Part shown: in pieces, positions 43,919 through 57,108 of the stretch | Position numbering within the stretch: the stretch's first letter is position 1 | How the letters are laid out: every line of letters starts with the position of its first letter | Source: the human T2T-CHM13v2.0 reference genome, Homo sapiens | Length of the DNA stretch: 64,000 nucleotides | Direction: 5' to 3' (one strand) | Assembly: GCF_009914755.1 (NCBI RefSeq) | Contig: NC_060926.1 | Position numbers and translations under genes: made by a program | The notes under the pieces: generated by a model | What the model was told of the DNA's origin: nothing | What the model saw: the letters and a program-made list of their open reading frames with translations, nothing else | Database searches by the model: none

Positions 43919-46900
43919 AAAACTACTCATCAATAAAAGGAAAATGCTTCTAATTTATTAAATACAACAGTCCAACTTAAATATATAGTAAACGCAACAT
44001 AAATGACAGAGCTTTTTAAATCAAGCTTACATTGTAGTTGTTTGAATATTTTTACATTATCTAATCATACAATTTTGAAGCCCATGCCCCTGCATGTAGT
44101 ATACTGTAGATCTTATGTCCATATTTCATATATCAGCATAATGATATATACAACGTAGAATATAGAATAATGCCTACTGCTTTTATGTACATAGGCAAGT
44201 AGTTTGCATGTAATGTATAAAGATTATTTATGTAAACTACAAATGAAAATTAGTGGCATTAGTTTTTAACATGTTCTACAAAAATTGGTTCTTTTATGTT
44301 TTGTTTTAATTTAAAAGCAGAGAAATGTCAAATCAAAAAGGTGTGTTTTTCAAATTAACAAGTATTTTCTACACATGGACAAAGAAGAATATTTGTTAAT
44401 TACAATTAATTATTAATTACACAGTCAGGTTAAACATAAATGTCCTTGGTATAATAAAAATCAAACATTCCAAAATTTTACCCACATTTAAATATAGCTG
44501 TGATGAATGGAAAAAGACACAAGGTATAAACAAGATTTTTAGAGCAAGGAAGAAAACATCCAAGTTTACAGGTTTCACCCCAATAGCAAAAGGATTCTTT
44601 TTGCCAGGGTTAGCTGACACAAGCAAAAAGCAATGCAATAGCCATCAATCTGCCTTGAACAAGATCTATTGTCTCCTTTGGTTGTTATATTTTAGTAGAC
44701 TTTTTCAAAACTGAATTTTTCAGGAAAACTGAACATACACATTAAATTTACATATTTTCCTCCTTGTTGTTTTCATATGTTAAAAGACTTTGACTAAGAC
44801 CCCAAAAACAATTTTTCAAAAACCCTGGCTAATTTTCACTTATTTTGCAAAAACGAAAGTTTTCTATCATCTTCACCCCATATTTTCTTCCAAGACAAAG
44901 GGTTTCACTAAGTGAATGAATCTAACATATATCATTCAACATTTTTATTATATCATGCCACCCAACCTCACTCATTATGCTCTTTGCATGATCTAAACAT
45001 TCAGTTCCCCAAAATTAAAGCCACTGCCTGCAAAATACTGTCTTTTGAGAAGTACAATTAATGAAATGTTTTTTAAATGAATGTACGTGCATTTTTGGAA
45101 ATGGGACTTTTCTTAGAAATAGTTTGTTGCTTGAAAAGTATTCAGGATTCTTTTGTGAATGAATTGTGCACACAGATGGAACATGAATAAAAAAAGATAG
45201 CTGTTGATAATCATTTATATTAGAACCTGACTGTCTGAAATAATGAAGTGAATTAAGAAAATAAATTGTCTTCAGAATGTACAAAATACAAAATTGAAGA
45301 AGTATAAATACCCTCCATGTGTCTTTACTACTGTCAAATATAGAGGGCACCTTCCCTGAAAAACTAGCCTTAATATTCTGGTTAACTTGGGAAGTGTGCA
45401 CTGAGAGAGCAGACATGGCGGGGTGGCCTATTGGCTTGATTACTGAGGTCACTTTACTCCTTATCTCTGATCTGAAGAGGTGCAAACGACTTTCTGAACA
45501 TAAAATGACCAAGTATTTGGACTTTCTGCAGAGGAGACAATTCAATCGAAATTCAGTGAATGTCTTTTTATTTCTATGATAGGTAAAGTGAAAAGTTCTA
45601 AGTTTTTAAAGATAAATTGGTTCCATTGCTGGCCTTAAAAAAATGTTCACAAATTGTTGCTGGCTAAGGGCAATCTGGAATGTAGCTAAAAATGTGATAA
45701 GTGCTTATGAATAGGTGCTGTGGGAGCACAGAAGCAGCAGCAATTAATTATGCTTCGAGTAAAGAGAAATATTTTACAAATAAAGTGGGAAGTCAACTGG
45801 GACCTAGCTAATGAGAAGAATCTTGCCAGGAAGGTAAGGGGAAGCTTTCTAAATAAGAGAAAGACAATACAGTATCATCTTTAATCATCACAGCTTGTAT
45901 TATCCCCACTTTGCAGGCCAATTTATTGAGGCTCAAAGACCTTGTTCAAGTTCCTTTTTTAAGTTACGATGAAAAATCAGATTGTAATGAAATGCTGTTG
46001 ATCCCAAATATAACTTTCTCAGCACTTCTTTCTGCAGTTTCAGTTAATAATACCAAACAGACAAATGACAATATGTATGAAAATTAAAAGACAGACTAAT
46101 ATACATTTATTTTCATGGAAGTGGAATGGCTCCAGAAGAGCAAAGCCACAATAGAAAACTCTGCTCTGGGTAAAACAGCAAAAAATTTCTGAGTTCAGGA
46201 GATAAAATTGTCTGGGATCAAAATGAAGTGGTAGAGAAAACATGGACCCTGGTTTGGAGACCATGGAGGAAACAGAAAATGCCATGATCAGTTTAGTGTT
46301 GAATGTACAAAGAAAAGGCAGTAAAGCTACATTTCTGTAAGTGCTAGAACTTACTACTAGGACAATAGGAACTCAAGGGGCAAGTTGCTAAGGAAGTGAG
46401 AACAGCCAATGGATGCCACTAATACTTAACATAGCCCTTGTAAAATTCCATAAAAAAACTGATAAAGAATTGCAAACATTGAAAAAGAGAAAAATTATCA
46501 TTCCTCTCCAGAACACAAGGGTGCCTTTCTAGAATGGCAACAAAGTGATATTTTAGCTTATAAATGAGTAAATAGGAGTCTTTAATACATAAAACCACAT
46601 CTGTCTGCCACAAAGTATATGTTTCACTTTCCCAGTATCCCTTCTTTTATAAGCCAATAAATTTCTTTCTTTCTTTCTCTCTCTCTCTTTAATTTTTTCC
46701 CTGGTGATCTTACTTTAACACCCTTGATATGATATATTTGTTTACCAAGAATAACTTTTATAAGAGTAAATGTGCATAAATATTTTTGGCTATATCAGTA
46801 TCTGTAAAGTATGCCTATAAAGATAAAAACTATAATTCAATAATACAATTAATATTGTTTTCTTGAACTTCAATTCATAAACATAATAATTATTTTATAT

Positions 46901-48126
46901 CTTTTAGTTGATAACTATACATTATGAAATATATGGTGTAATTAAATTATAGCAATCTCTCCAAATGGAGTTCTCTTTGAGACCTCACATAATTAGAATC
47001 TACTCTTAACTTTAAAAGTACCACAAAGGCCAAAAGTTCTTCATCCCCAGATGTAAGATTAACTGGAGATTTGTCTTCATGAACAAATATCTCTCTTACT
47101 TACAACTTCTATTTTGATATTTCCTGACAATAAGAAAATATCTTTACCAGTATTCTGAGCTTAGTAGGTGTGCATTATGTGTTGGCTTCTTTATTTTTTC
47201 ACTTTCACTTCTTTCACACACATTTACTACCTTCCAGTCTATACACAGAACACCTCTTCGTGTGATGACACGCATTTGAGGATGTGAACTGTAGACTTTA
47301 GTTAATAATAACATATCAGTATTGGTGCATCAATGTTTAAAAAAAAGTACCACAGTGATGCAAGATGTTAATAGAGGAAACTGGCTGGGAGTGAGATGGT
47401 ATAAGGGAACTCTGTATTCTCCACTCAAATTTTCTGTAAACCCAAAGTTGCTTTAAAAAGTATGTGTGTGTGTATACACACACACACACTTTATTATATA
47501 GGTAATATATACTTTGTAATATATACTTTATTTTCTATATGTACTTTTATATATACTGATTTATATATACTAATTTGTATGTAATATATGTTATGTATGA
47601 TATATAATTATATATGTAAATATAATGATTTTAACACATTCCGCCAATTTACATTTAATGTGTGTGTGTGTGTGTGTGGAAATGAGAATAGAATTAAAAT
47701 GGTTTCTACACAAAATCAACTAAACAAAAGAAAGACAATAATGGAGGGAAGGAGGAAATAGTTGACAAAAAGGTAAAAGACATATGGAAAGCAAAGCAAA
47801 ATTGAAGTTTTGTCTTTCATTATCAGTAATTATTCTAAATGCAAATGGTTTGAACTCTAATCAAAAGGGAGAAATTGCCTAAATGAAAAATGAAAAACAA
47901 ATATGATTACACTGTGTCCTATCTACAAGACTCATTTCAAATCTAAAGACATATATAGATTGCAAGTGAATGGATAGGAAAAGACATCCCATGCACATGG
48001 TAACAAAGTAAGAGTTTGAGGTCACTCTACTGTTATCAGACATAAAAGACTTTAAGTCAAAAACTGTTGCAAAACACATAGAAAGACATGCTGAAAATAA
48101 TGCCAATTCATTAAGACAATATGACT

Positions 48127-48470
48127 ATTTTTCAGCTTTACTGCAGTGTAATTGCCAAAGAAAACTGTACATATTTATGATGTTTTGATATATACATACA
48201 CTCTGAAATGATTAAATCAAGCTAATTAACCTATCGATCACTTCACATATTTATCACGTTTTGTATTAAAAATATTTAAGGTCTACTATCTGAGAAGTTT
48301 TCAAGTTTACAATGTATATTATTAAACATAATCACAATGCTCTTCAAGCTTATTCCTCCTCACGGGAAACTTTTATTCTTTGACGAACATCTCTCCCTTT
48401 CTATCCCACTACCCACACAATTTTCTTTCAACCACATTTCTACTCCCCTTCTATGAGACTGAAGTTCTTT
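48127..48470 (-). mobile_element. L1MA 3' fragment inserted antisense into the L1M
   Basis: TTTTTCAGCTTTACTGCAGTGTAATTG...AATCAAGCTAATTAAC typical of an antisense L1MA 3' end. Confidence 0.7.
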
Positions 48471-50408
48471 AAGATATTTTAATACACAAACATTCCCTAG
48501 GATAGAACATATGTTTCCAGAATAGATCACATGTTAGACACCAAACAAGTCTCAGTAAACTTATTAATAAAAAGATTGAAATCCTACAAGTATCTTTTCT
48601 GACTATAAGAAAATGAAAGAGGAAAACAATAACAGAAGGAAAACTTGAATATTAACAAATACATGGAAATGAACAACTCTCTAAAACAACCAATATGTCA
48701 AAAAAGAAATAATGATGGGAATTAGAAAATAAGATGAATAAAAACAAAAAATGCAACATGCCAAAATTTAATAAATGTAGAGAAGGCAGTGCCCAGAGGA
48801 AAATTTATGAATACAAATAACTACATTAAAAAAGAAGAAAAAGTTTAAATTAATCACCAAACTTTATACCTTGAGCCACCAGAAACAAACAGAAAATTAT
48901 ACCCCAAAGTGGCCAAAAAACAAATAAACAAACAAAAATAAGAATACAGTGGGGATAAAAAGAAAGAACATAAATACAATAAAAGAAACCAAAGTTGGTT
49001 CTTTGAAAATACTTTTTAAATAATTAACAAGCCTTTAGCTAGACTGACAAATCAGAAAAGACAAAAATAACTAAAATCAGAAATGAAAGTGGGGTACAGT
49101 TATTGACTTTGTAAAATAAAAAGGATTATAAGAATATATTACGAATAATTGTATATCAAAAAATGGATAATCTAGATGAAATAGAAACTATCTTATAAGC
49201 ACACAAATTGTCCAAACTGACTCAGAATAAATAGAGAACAACAGATCTATAATAAGAGATTGAGTCAGTTATTGAAAACCTCCCAGTAAAGTCCAGGATC
49301 AAAAGATTTTACTGTGACCTTTATTAAACATTTTTAAAGTAACACTAATATTCCTGAAACGCTTACACAAAATAGAAGAGAAAACACAACCTAACTCATT
49401 CCATGAGTCCAACGTTATTCTGATACCACTGACGAGTAGAAAATATTGCAGAAAGTAAAACACTCAATTAAATGGAAAGATATTTTATGTTCATTGGTAG
49501 GAAGACAATATTTTTGTGTTAATACCACCCTAAGTAAGCTCTGGCCTCATGCACTCTCTATCAAAAATTTAACAGCCATTTAGGCCTGAATGAAAAAGCT
49601 TGTCCCCGAATTCATACGGAACTGCAAAAAACTTCAAAAACCCACAACAATTTTGAAAAAGAAAACAAAGGAGGATTCATATTTCTCAATTTCAAAACTT
49701 TTTACAGAGCAACAGTAATCAAAGCAGTGTGAAACTGGCACAAAGATTAGAAACAATATATTAACTCATTAGAATTAAAAGTCTTGAAATAAACCCTCAC
49801 ATATACGGACAATTGATTTTTTTTTAAAAGATAGTTATGTTTCCCAGTGAGAAGGAGAACTATCCTCAACAAATAATACCAAGATAACTGGATTTCCACA
49901 AGCAAAAGATTTAAGTTGAACCCCACTTTACACCTTTTTCAAAAATCAACAAATGCATGAGCTAAACCAATAAAACCCTCAGAAGAAAACCTAGGCATAA
50001 AACTTTATGTCCCTGGATAAAACAATGGATTTGTTGATATATCACCAAAAAAGAAGCAACATTAGTGAAAATAGATGAATTAAGATTCATGAAAATTGAA
50101 AACTTTTGTGCATCAAATAAAATTATCAAGAAAGTGAAAATAAAACCTATTAGGGATTTAAAATATGTATACATTGTATATTTTTTGAGAGCTTAATATA
50201 TTGAATGAAGTACTCTTACAGGTCAAGAACAAAATGACAAAAAAACCCAATGAATATTAGGCAAAGGACTTGTATAGACATTTTTCCATACAAGACAAAC
50301 AAATGCTTAATAAGAACATGAAAATCTTCAACATCTTTAGTCATTACAGAAATGCAAATTAAAACCTCAAGGAGAAACCACTCACACCTCATCTCCTAAG
50401 ATGGTTAT

Positions 50409-51502
50409 TGATAGCAATACAGGCAGGAGGTAGACAAATCCTAGGCAGACAGGGGTGGGTCCCAGTGAAACCCAACCTTCAAGTTGAAGGCAGTTTGAAG
50501 CCTAACTACAAGTCTTGGGTAAATCCACAGACCAGACTGAGCACCTCTATCCCCATTTGGTGCACTTTTTTTTTTTATTGCTCCCCACCCTGCACCTATT
50601 TTACATATACGTATCCTTCCCTAATTGTTTTTTTACACTGTCATGTGCACCTTTGAATGATGGCTTTCTTTTAGCCTCTTTTGCATACTTATAAACCAAT
50701 CAGCATTAGCACACTCGCATTCTGAGCCCATAAAAGCCCTGGACCCAGCCACACTGAGGGAGAGACCACCTGACCACATTCCCTCTTCACTAAGAGCTGT
50801 TTCATCACTCAGTGAAACTTTTATCCTCTCTCCTCACCCTTCGATTGTCAGCATAAGCTCATTCTTCTTGGACTCAGAACAACAACTCGGGACCGTGCTG
50901 AACACAGGTACAAAGAAAGCAGTAATGCTGTGGCCCTCCACCCTCCACCAGCAGAAGGGGGCTGCCCCACTCCATGGAAAGCAGTGCTGGGGCTGAGCCA
51001 ACCCAGGTGCCTCAGGCCAGAGTGGGGTGACAGGACTGACAGAGCTGTTAACTTGCCACTGTGTCTTGGGCTGTGGACAGTGGGACTAAAAGAGTTATTA
51101 TTCACACTGTAACACCCACTCTGGGACTTCTGGGTCATGGGCTTCCCTGCTTGAGTGCCTTCACGTTCCCCTTGTCTAGATGCTAGAGTCCACCATGGAA
51201 GTCACTTGCAACATGCTTGGTCAAGCTGTAAGCCCTGCATGGAACCCACTCCTGTGCCAGCACTTGAAGCAGCTGGCCAGACCCTTCACTCACTTGCCCA
51301 CACACCCTCTTCATCTGGGGGCTGAGCTCATAATCATGGTGGCTGCAGGATTCATGCCAGAGTGCAAACTAGGTGTGGCCCAGTGGCTGAGTGGTTGGGG
51401 CACCTCCTGTGGAGAATGTGGGCCAAGCAGGGGCATTGCTGGCTGGAAATCTCCAGCTGGAGGTCTCAAGCTGGCAAAATGGCTGAGAAAAATCCTACAT
51501 CA
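50409..51502 (+). mobile_element. LTR27/LTR28-like ERV1 solo LTR (~1.1 kb) inside the L1
   Basis: TGATAGC...CCTAGGCAGACAGGGGTGGGTCCCAGTGAAACCC, CCAATCAGC, CATAAAAGCCC; ends AAAAATCCTACATCA. Confidence 0.75.
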
Positions 51503-51729
51503 TTTCAACAACTTAAAAAAATTAAAAAAACATAAAAGGAAAATAACAAGTTTGGGCAAGTCCATGAAGATATTGTGTTAGTGTTAATATAAAATGGAGA
51601 AGCCCCTATGTGGAATAGTTTAGAGGTTTTTCTTAAAAAACCTAAACACGGAATTACTATATGACTAAACAATTCCACTTCTAGTATATACCCAAAGAAT
51701 TTGAAAACAGGAACTCACGCAGTTACTTG

Positions 51730-52410
51730 TATGCCAGTGTTGATGAGGATATGGAGAAATTGGAAACTTTGTGCACTGTGGTTGAGAATGTAAAATGGTT
51801 GCAGCCACTACAGAAAACAGTGTACTAGTCCTCAAAATAAACAACAACAAAAAAAATTAACACATGATACAGCAATTCACTTCTGGGTATATATCTAAAA
51901 TAATTTAAAGTAGGTTCTCAAAGAGATTTATGACACTGATGTTCATAGCAGCATTATTTACAATAGCCACAAAATTGAAATAACCCAAGTATTCATCAAC
52001 AGATGAATATATAAATATAAGGTGGTATATATAAATGATGTGTTATTTAGGCTTAAAAAGGAGTGAAACATCCTATAATATGTATGATCCTTGGAAATAT
52101 TATGCTAAGTAAAACAAGCCAAACGCGAAAAGAAAAATATCATATGATGCCACTCATGAAATATCTAGAACAGGCAAATTTGTAAAGACAGAAAGTAGAT
52201 GAGAGGTTACCAAGGGCCATGGGATTGGAGATTGGGGGGTTTTGCTCAATGGTTATGAAGTTTCTGTTTGGGATAATGAAAATATTTTATAAATAGATGG
52301 TGATGGTGGTTGTATAAGATTCTGAGTGCACTTAATACCACTGAATTGTATACTTAAAATGGTTGCAATGCTAATTTCATGTTATATATATTTTGCCACA
52401 CAAAAAAATC
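51730..52410 (+). mobile_element. L1MB-type 3' end
   Basis: ORF2 end and 3' UTR (AGAGGTTACCAAGGG...ACTGAATTGTATACTTAAAATGG...TTTGCCACAC A-tail). Confidence 0.8.
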
Positions 52411-52555
52411 AAAATACATAAAGGGACTATGAGTAGATTAACATGCTATTGTTAAAAAGAGAATGGGCATTAAGCATCTGGAGTTTCAAATAATAAAAAG
52501 AAAATTTTTCCATAGATGAATTGTTTATGGGTAAGAAATGGGCAGATTAGTCTGA

Positions 52556-52645
52556 AAATATAAACATGGACTTGAGGGTGAAAGGTCTTGAAGGTTAAAT
52601 AAATATGAACGTGGACTTGAGGGTGAAAGGTCTTGAAGGTTAAAT
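52556..52645. repeat. 45-bp tandem duplication
   Basis: AAATAT(A/G)AAC(A/G)TGGACTTGAGGGTGAAAGGTCTTGAAGGTTAAAT twice, at 52556 and 52601. Confidence 0.95.
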
Positions 52646-52700
52646 ATGGTCTTCAGGGTTCAGTCAGTGAGAAGACAATGAAGGTTCTCAGGATGGAGGG

Positions 52701-53022
52701 TGCCAGGTTCTAACTGAGTGGGTAAGTGGCAGGTAGCTGGAAAAACACTCAAGGAATCATAGACAGTTTTGACATGGATTTACTATCTCCCTGGGTACAA
52801 GCAAGCCGTATATATGGTGTTATCAGGATAATTATACCTTTTACAGACAATAATGGCTCCAAGCCAAACATGAGCTAACATGGGTGATCATCTAATGTGC
52901 CTCACATAGCATGCTTACATAATGTGTGGGGTTGTATGCCTGCACTCCAAACTTGCTGAGTTATGCTGCATTAGAAGGCTGCTTCAGCCTACTCCTGACT
53001 AAAGCACAGCCATTCCCTTACA
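52701..53022 (-). repeat. 3' LTR (LTR18A-like)
   Basis: Minus strand TGTAAGGGAATGGCTGTGCTTTAGTCAGGAGTAGG...GTTAGAACCTGGCA, preceded by purine-rich AGAGGTTGGAG (PPT). Confidence 0.9.
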
Positions 53023-53031
53023 CTCCAACCT

Positions 53032-54272
53032 CTAGGCTGAGGTTTTCCTCTGGGCAGGGACACGAGCCAATAGGGCGAAGCCCTGAATCCATAACCCACA
53101 ACAACAATACAGACAGCAACAGCTCACTAACAGGATCCAAGCTATGCAACTTATGACTATTAAGGCCTAGCATAGGCCAGAGCCTAGGGATTCCCACCAT
53201 CTCTGCAGGGAGTCGTCAGTAAGGCTCTTGACCACCTTAATCTCCCATGAGTCCCCTTGCAAGGCTGCTGTTACATTCTTCCAATTGTCAGGGATAAAGG
53301 TACAACATTGTGTTCCTAAAAGGGCACAGATGCCTTCTTGGGCAGCAATTATTATGTCTAAGGCCATTCAGTTTTGCAACATAACCTTTCTGACCTGATC
53401 AACCTCATCTTTTAACAGGAGGAGGACCACTCAGGTGTAATTTAGAATCTGAGCGGTATGCTCTGCAAGAGCAGTAACTTGTGCTTCTACTATTATGGCA
53501 CCTGCGCCAGGGATAGTCATTGCCAAGGGGTAGAATCACCAAGGGGCTCATCACACTCACAAAAACCAAGAGCATTGTACCTCCTCCCAGTTATGTGGGC
53601 ATCTGGGCAACATGGGGAGGACAGTGGCAGGTGCATAAGGCCACCCTCAGGTACATCATCCAGTTCAATCCACTGGTAAGTAAGTAAGCCACCCTTTGTC
53701 CCAAGAGACCCATAAACTCCCAGGGGGCACAAAATCTATCAGGGCCTGACCTTGGTGGGGCCACTCGTTCCACCATACCTTCAGTGTGGCGACATCTGTT
53801 ATGTTTACACAGGCCACGATGGGTACCCGCCCCACAGTGGTGTTGCCCCAGTGTTGCTCTATGCACTGTGGTGCCTGGGCTGGGGGTACCACATGTTTCC
53901 CAATTAGCTAGCCCCACACATCATAAATGCTGTGGGCCAGCCAGGAGGCAGGCATGCATGGGTCTTGTGGCATGCTTTGTCCAAAGCTTGTCACATTGCA
54001 TTACAGGCATTGGCCATGGAACCCCAAGTCTCCAGCCATCTCCAGTTCTCTGCAGGCACTGAATGTATGTGCTAAGGCAAGCCATCTGCAGCTGCTGCTT
54101 GAAGGGAGGTACAGATCCAACAGTTGGAAACCTTGGTCACCACAGCAGAGGTGTGGGGCCAATCCACAATGCAGTTGGAGCATGTTAACTTATGGATGAA
54201 ATGACAGAGAAGACACAGGTACTAATGGAGATAAATCACATCCCTCAGGCAAAATACAGGCTAACCTTTCAT
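53032..54272 (-). pseudogene. env: env pseudogene (gamma-type SU/TM)
   Basis: Signal-like MKG*PVFCLRDVIYLH*YLCLLCHF, CWIC (54111-54122), furin site decayed to *V** (53548-53559), ISD LQN*MALDIIIAAQEGI, CX6CC (53302-53328), TM anchor with CCLYCCC and stop at 53032. Confidence 0.9.
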
Positions 54273-57060
54273 CCCTGGATAACAATGCAGCCTCTAAGGG
54301 CTTCTGCCCTGGGCAATGGTACCACACCTTCTCAGCTCCCATGGTTCCTTTAAGTCCTGTGTCTATGCCAAAGTCATGGGGGAGATCATAATAAGCCACA
54401 CAGACAGTACATATGTCCCCTAGAGGAGGGATCCTTCCCTGGCTATTCCCTATAAACAGTCAACCACAGGGGCCATGCACTGAACACCCAAGGAGTGACA
54501 TGAAAGTCATGCTGTAGATCCTCCCCACAGGCAGCTACGATGGCCAACCACCGGCAATGGGGGCTTTGGAGGGTCCATGGCCATGGCCAGGTTTTCTATT
54601 CCCCTACCTGCAAGGGCATTGGAGCAGGCAACAACAGGTTACCATTCATCCCCATACCTAGTTGGAGGAGTCATCCTTGGTGTGTATCTGAAACTAAATG
54701 TGGGTGGCAGCCAGGTGTAACAAAGCCTCCACTGGGGACGGGCCACCTTTCCGTGGCCATTCATTCAAGGTTTGGAGCACCCGGTCCAGCCTGGAACTCC
54801 AGCCCCACAAAGACAGAATGTGACATGCAAGTGTAACCCATTCTTCAAGAGCCCGTTATATCACTCAATCCTACTTGCAGCTTGCGGGTTGTATAACACA
54901 TAGAATCCCCACTTTTTGTCCATGTATTGTATTTATTGTTGTACCTGTTTTCCAGTGAAATGTGTTCCCCTATCATTCTCAACAGCCAGAGGGTGAATAA
55001 GTGTGGCAGGACCTGGATGGTGTGCTGTTGGTTGGCCACCCCTGCATTTGGCAGGGGCCCAATACTTGCCACCTGGTCAAGGCCACTCACCTTATTGTTA
55101 CTTGTTGTGTAACACTGGGCACCTGCCTCCATCTAGGGTATGCCTGAGCACATGCCAGGCATTTCTGACAAGCCTTCCAAATGTCTTGTGTGGGTAGGGA
55201 CAGACCCCAATGCTTATTGACCTGTTGCATCAGTTTACCCCCTTCATGTCCCAGTTTCTGCTGTAGCCACAAGGCCACATCTTGTCTAGGTACTGACTCT
55301 AACCATCAAACCTTGGCCAAGGCATCTGCCTCATCATTGCCGGGGTGGCCAAAGGCATATGGCATGACATATGATGAACAGTTGTCTCTTTCTGATGTCC
55401 AGTTTCCCAGAAGTCTTGCCACATGGCTTGGCCCTAAATTTGTTGGTGGCCGACTAGCCACTTCTGTATTTTCCAGGTAGTTAACCACAAGGCTAAGCCT
55501 CAGTAGACTGCCCAGCTATTGGTACAGATTGCCATAGGTGTCACCTCCTGGGTGATTGCCATCCACACGGCTCTAAGTTCAGCCCATTGGCTACTTTGTC
55601 CACACCTGGTTTCAAATCATATGGTGTCACTACTAGATTGGGCTGCAACAGAGATACAGGCAGCAGTAGCACCTCAGCTAGACCCATCTGTGTACCATGC
55701 CCCATCAGGAATGGGGGGATGTCCTTCCTTAAATGGTGAAGGCTCAGGGTCTAGGGGTGCCTCAGGCCCCATGACCTTATCTTGCATTAGGACTACTGGT
55801 CCTAAAATCTCTTGCAACTCTGCTACTAAGGGGCTTGTACTCAGCATGCGCCACTACTTCAAGTAGGCGCCACACTTTGCCAAAGTGGATGTCTGTGCCA
55901 TTCCAGTCCAGGGGGTCATTACCCATGAACTCACCCATCCTGCTATCGAATAAGTCATCCACATGATGATGGCAGCCCATCCTGTCACACTCTCACAAGC
56001 CTGAAGGGTGCCAAACAGAGCTGTTTCTCTATCAAGGAATAGTGGAGGTCAGCTCTCTTCCATAGTTTCAAAAGCCTACTGGCATTCTCAAGTGCTCTGT
56101 GAGCTGCCACAGGCCCCAACCAAAAGCATCTGTGCTCATATGCACATCCAGCTCAAACGGGCACCTCTAGTAAACTACCCATGGAGCTTGTGCCTTCTGA
56201 ATAGCCTGCTTGCCTGCCAGGAAGTTGGTCTTAGCTGCATCATCCCAATCACAGGTAGCTCTCTTCTTTGCTAACATATGAAACAGTTTTATCATTTGAA
56301 CCAAATAGGGCACAAATGCCTGCCAATATCCCAGGAGGCCCACAAAAGTTTGCAGCTGCTTCACTGTGGTGGACTGGGGATACGCCTGAATCTTATCAGT
56401 GATAGCCTCTGGATGGCATTTGTCTTACGCAACCAGATAACTCCCAAGAATTTGGCAGATAATCCAGGCCCTTGGACCTTGGATTTGTTGATGGCCCAAC
56501 AACATGCTGCCAAATGTTGCTGCAAGAGGGGCACTGCCTCTTTTAAATCTACAAGAGAAACAGAGGTTAACATAATTATCATCAATATGATGTAATAGGC
56601 AGACCACTTCTGGACATAGCCAGGTGGCTAAATCCGTGACAACTAGACCATGACATTTCGTGGAGCTATGCACATAGCCCTGCAGCAACACTGTAAGTCC
56701 ATTGTTGCCCGTCCCACGTGAAGGCGAACTGTTCTTGACTCTGGGGCGATGTCTATGGAGAAAAATGCACTGTCCAAGTCCACTGCATAGTGGTACTCTC
56801 CCAGTTCCTTTGTCAAATGGTCCATCAAATCCATGACTGACAGTACAGCTGCATGCAAAGGGGGTGTTACTTTATTCAGTTCCCAATAGTCCACCGTCAT
56901 CCACCAAGTTTCACCAGGCTTTCTAACTGGCCACACTGGAGAACTGTAGGGTCTGTGGGTGCCACGCACTATTTGCACCTCCTCCAGCTTTTTAGTTGTC
57001 TCAGTTATCTCCATATGCCAACCCAGCAAATGATATTAATTGGGGTTGAGGCAAGACCTA
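54190..57060 (-). pseudogene. pol: pol pseudogene (RT, RNase H, integrase, C-terminal extension)
   Basis: YSSPVWPVRKPG..W.MTVDY.ELNK, VDLDSAFFSI, LQGY, HIDD, LQTFVGLLGYW, WYTDGS (RH), GNDEADALA, degenerate HHCC zinc finger (LGH...CLAC), NDRGTHFTG and YNPQAASRIE. Many stops and frameshifts. Confidence 0.92.
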
Positions 57061-57108
57061 AGGCTAATGATGCATATGCCCTCGGAGCACTGGCTTCACC
57101 ACATGCAC

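Larger units (their letters stand above)
47680..51725 (+). mobile_element. Old L1M element (ORF1 end/ORF2) with an internal deletion and nested insertions
   Basis: Endonuclease start (AATGCAAATGGTTTGAACTC), AGAATAGATCACATGTTAG and AAGTTGGTTCTTTGAAAA. The sequence jumps over the RT core near 49450, then ORF2 C-terminus. Confidence 0.8.

Noticed and set aside
45015-45579. Longest non-repeat ORFs (176 aa minus, 86 aa plus)
   Set aside because: No recognisable domain, composition typical of AT-rich noncoding DNA, and no convincing splice-site pair.
54188-54230. Pyrimidine tract + AG as an env splice acceptor supplying an LTR-encoded leader
   Set aside because: The same bases encode a hydrophobic signal-like peptide from an ATG at 54272 in the env frame, which is the simpler explanation.
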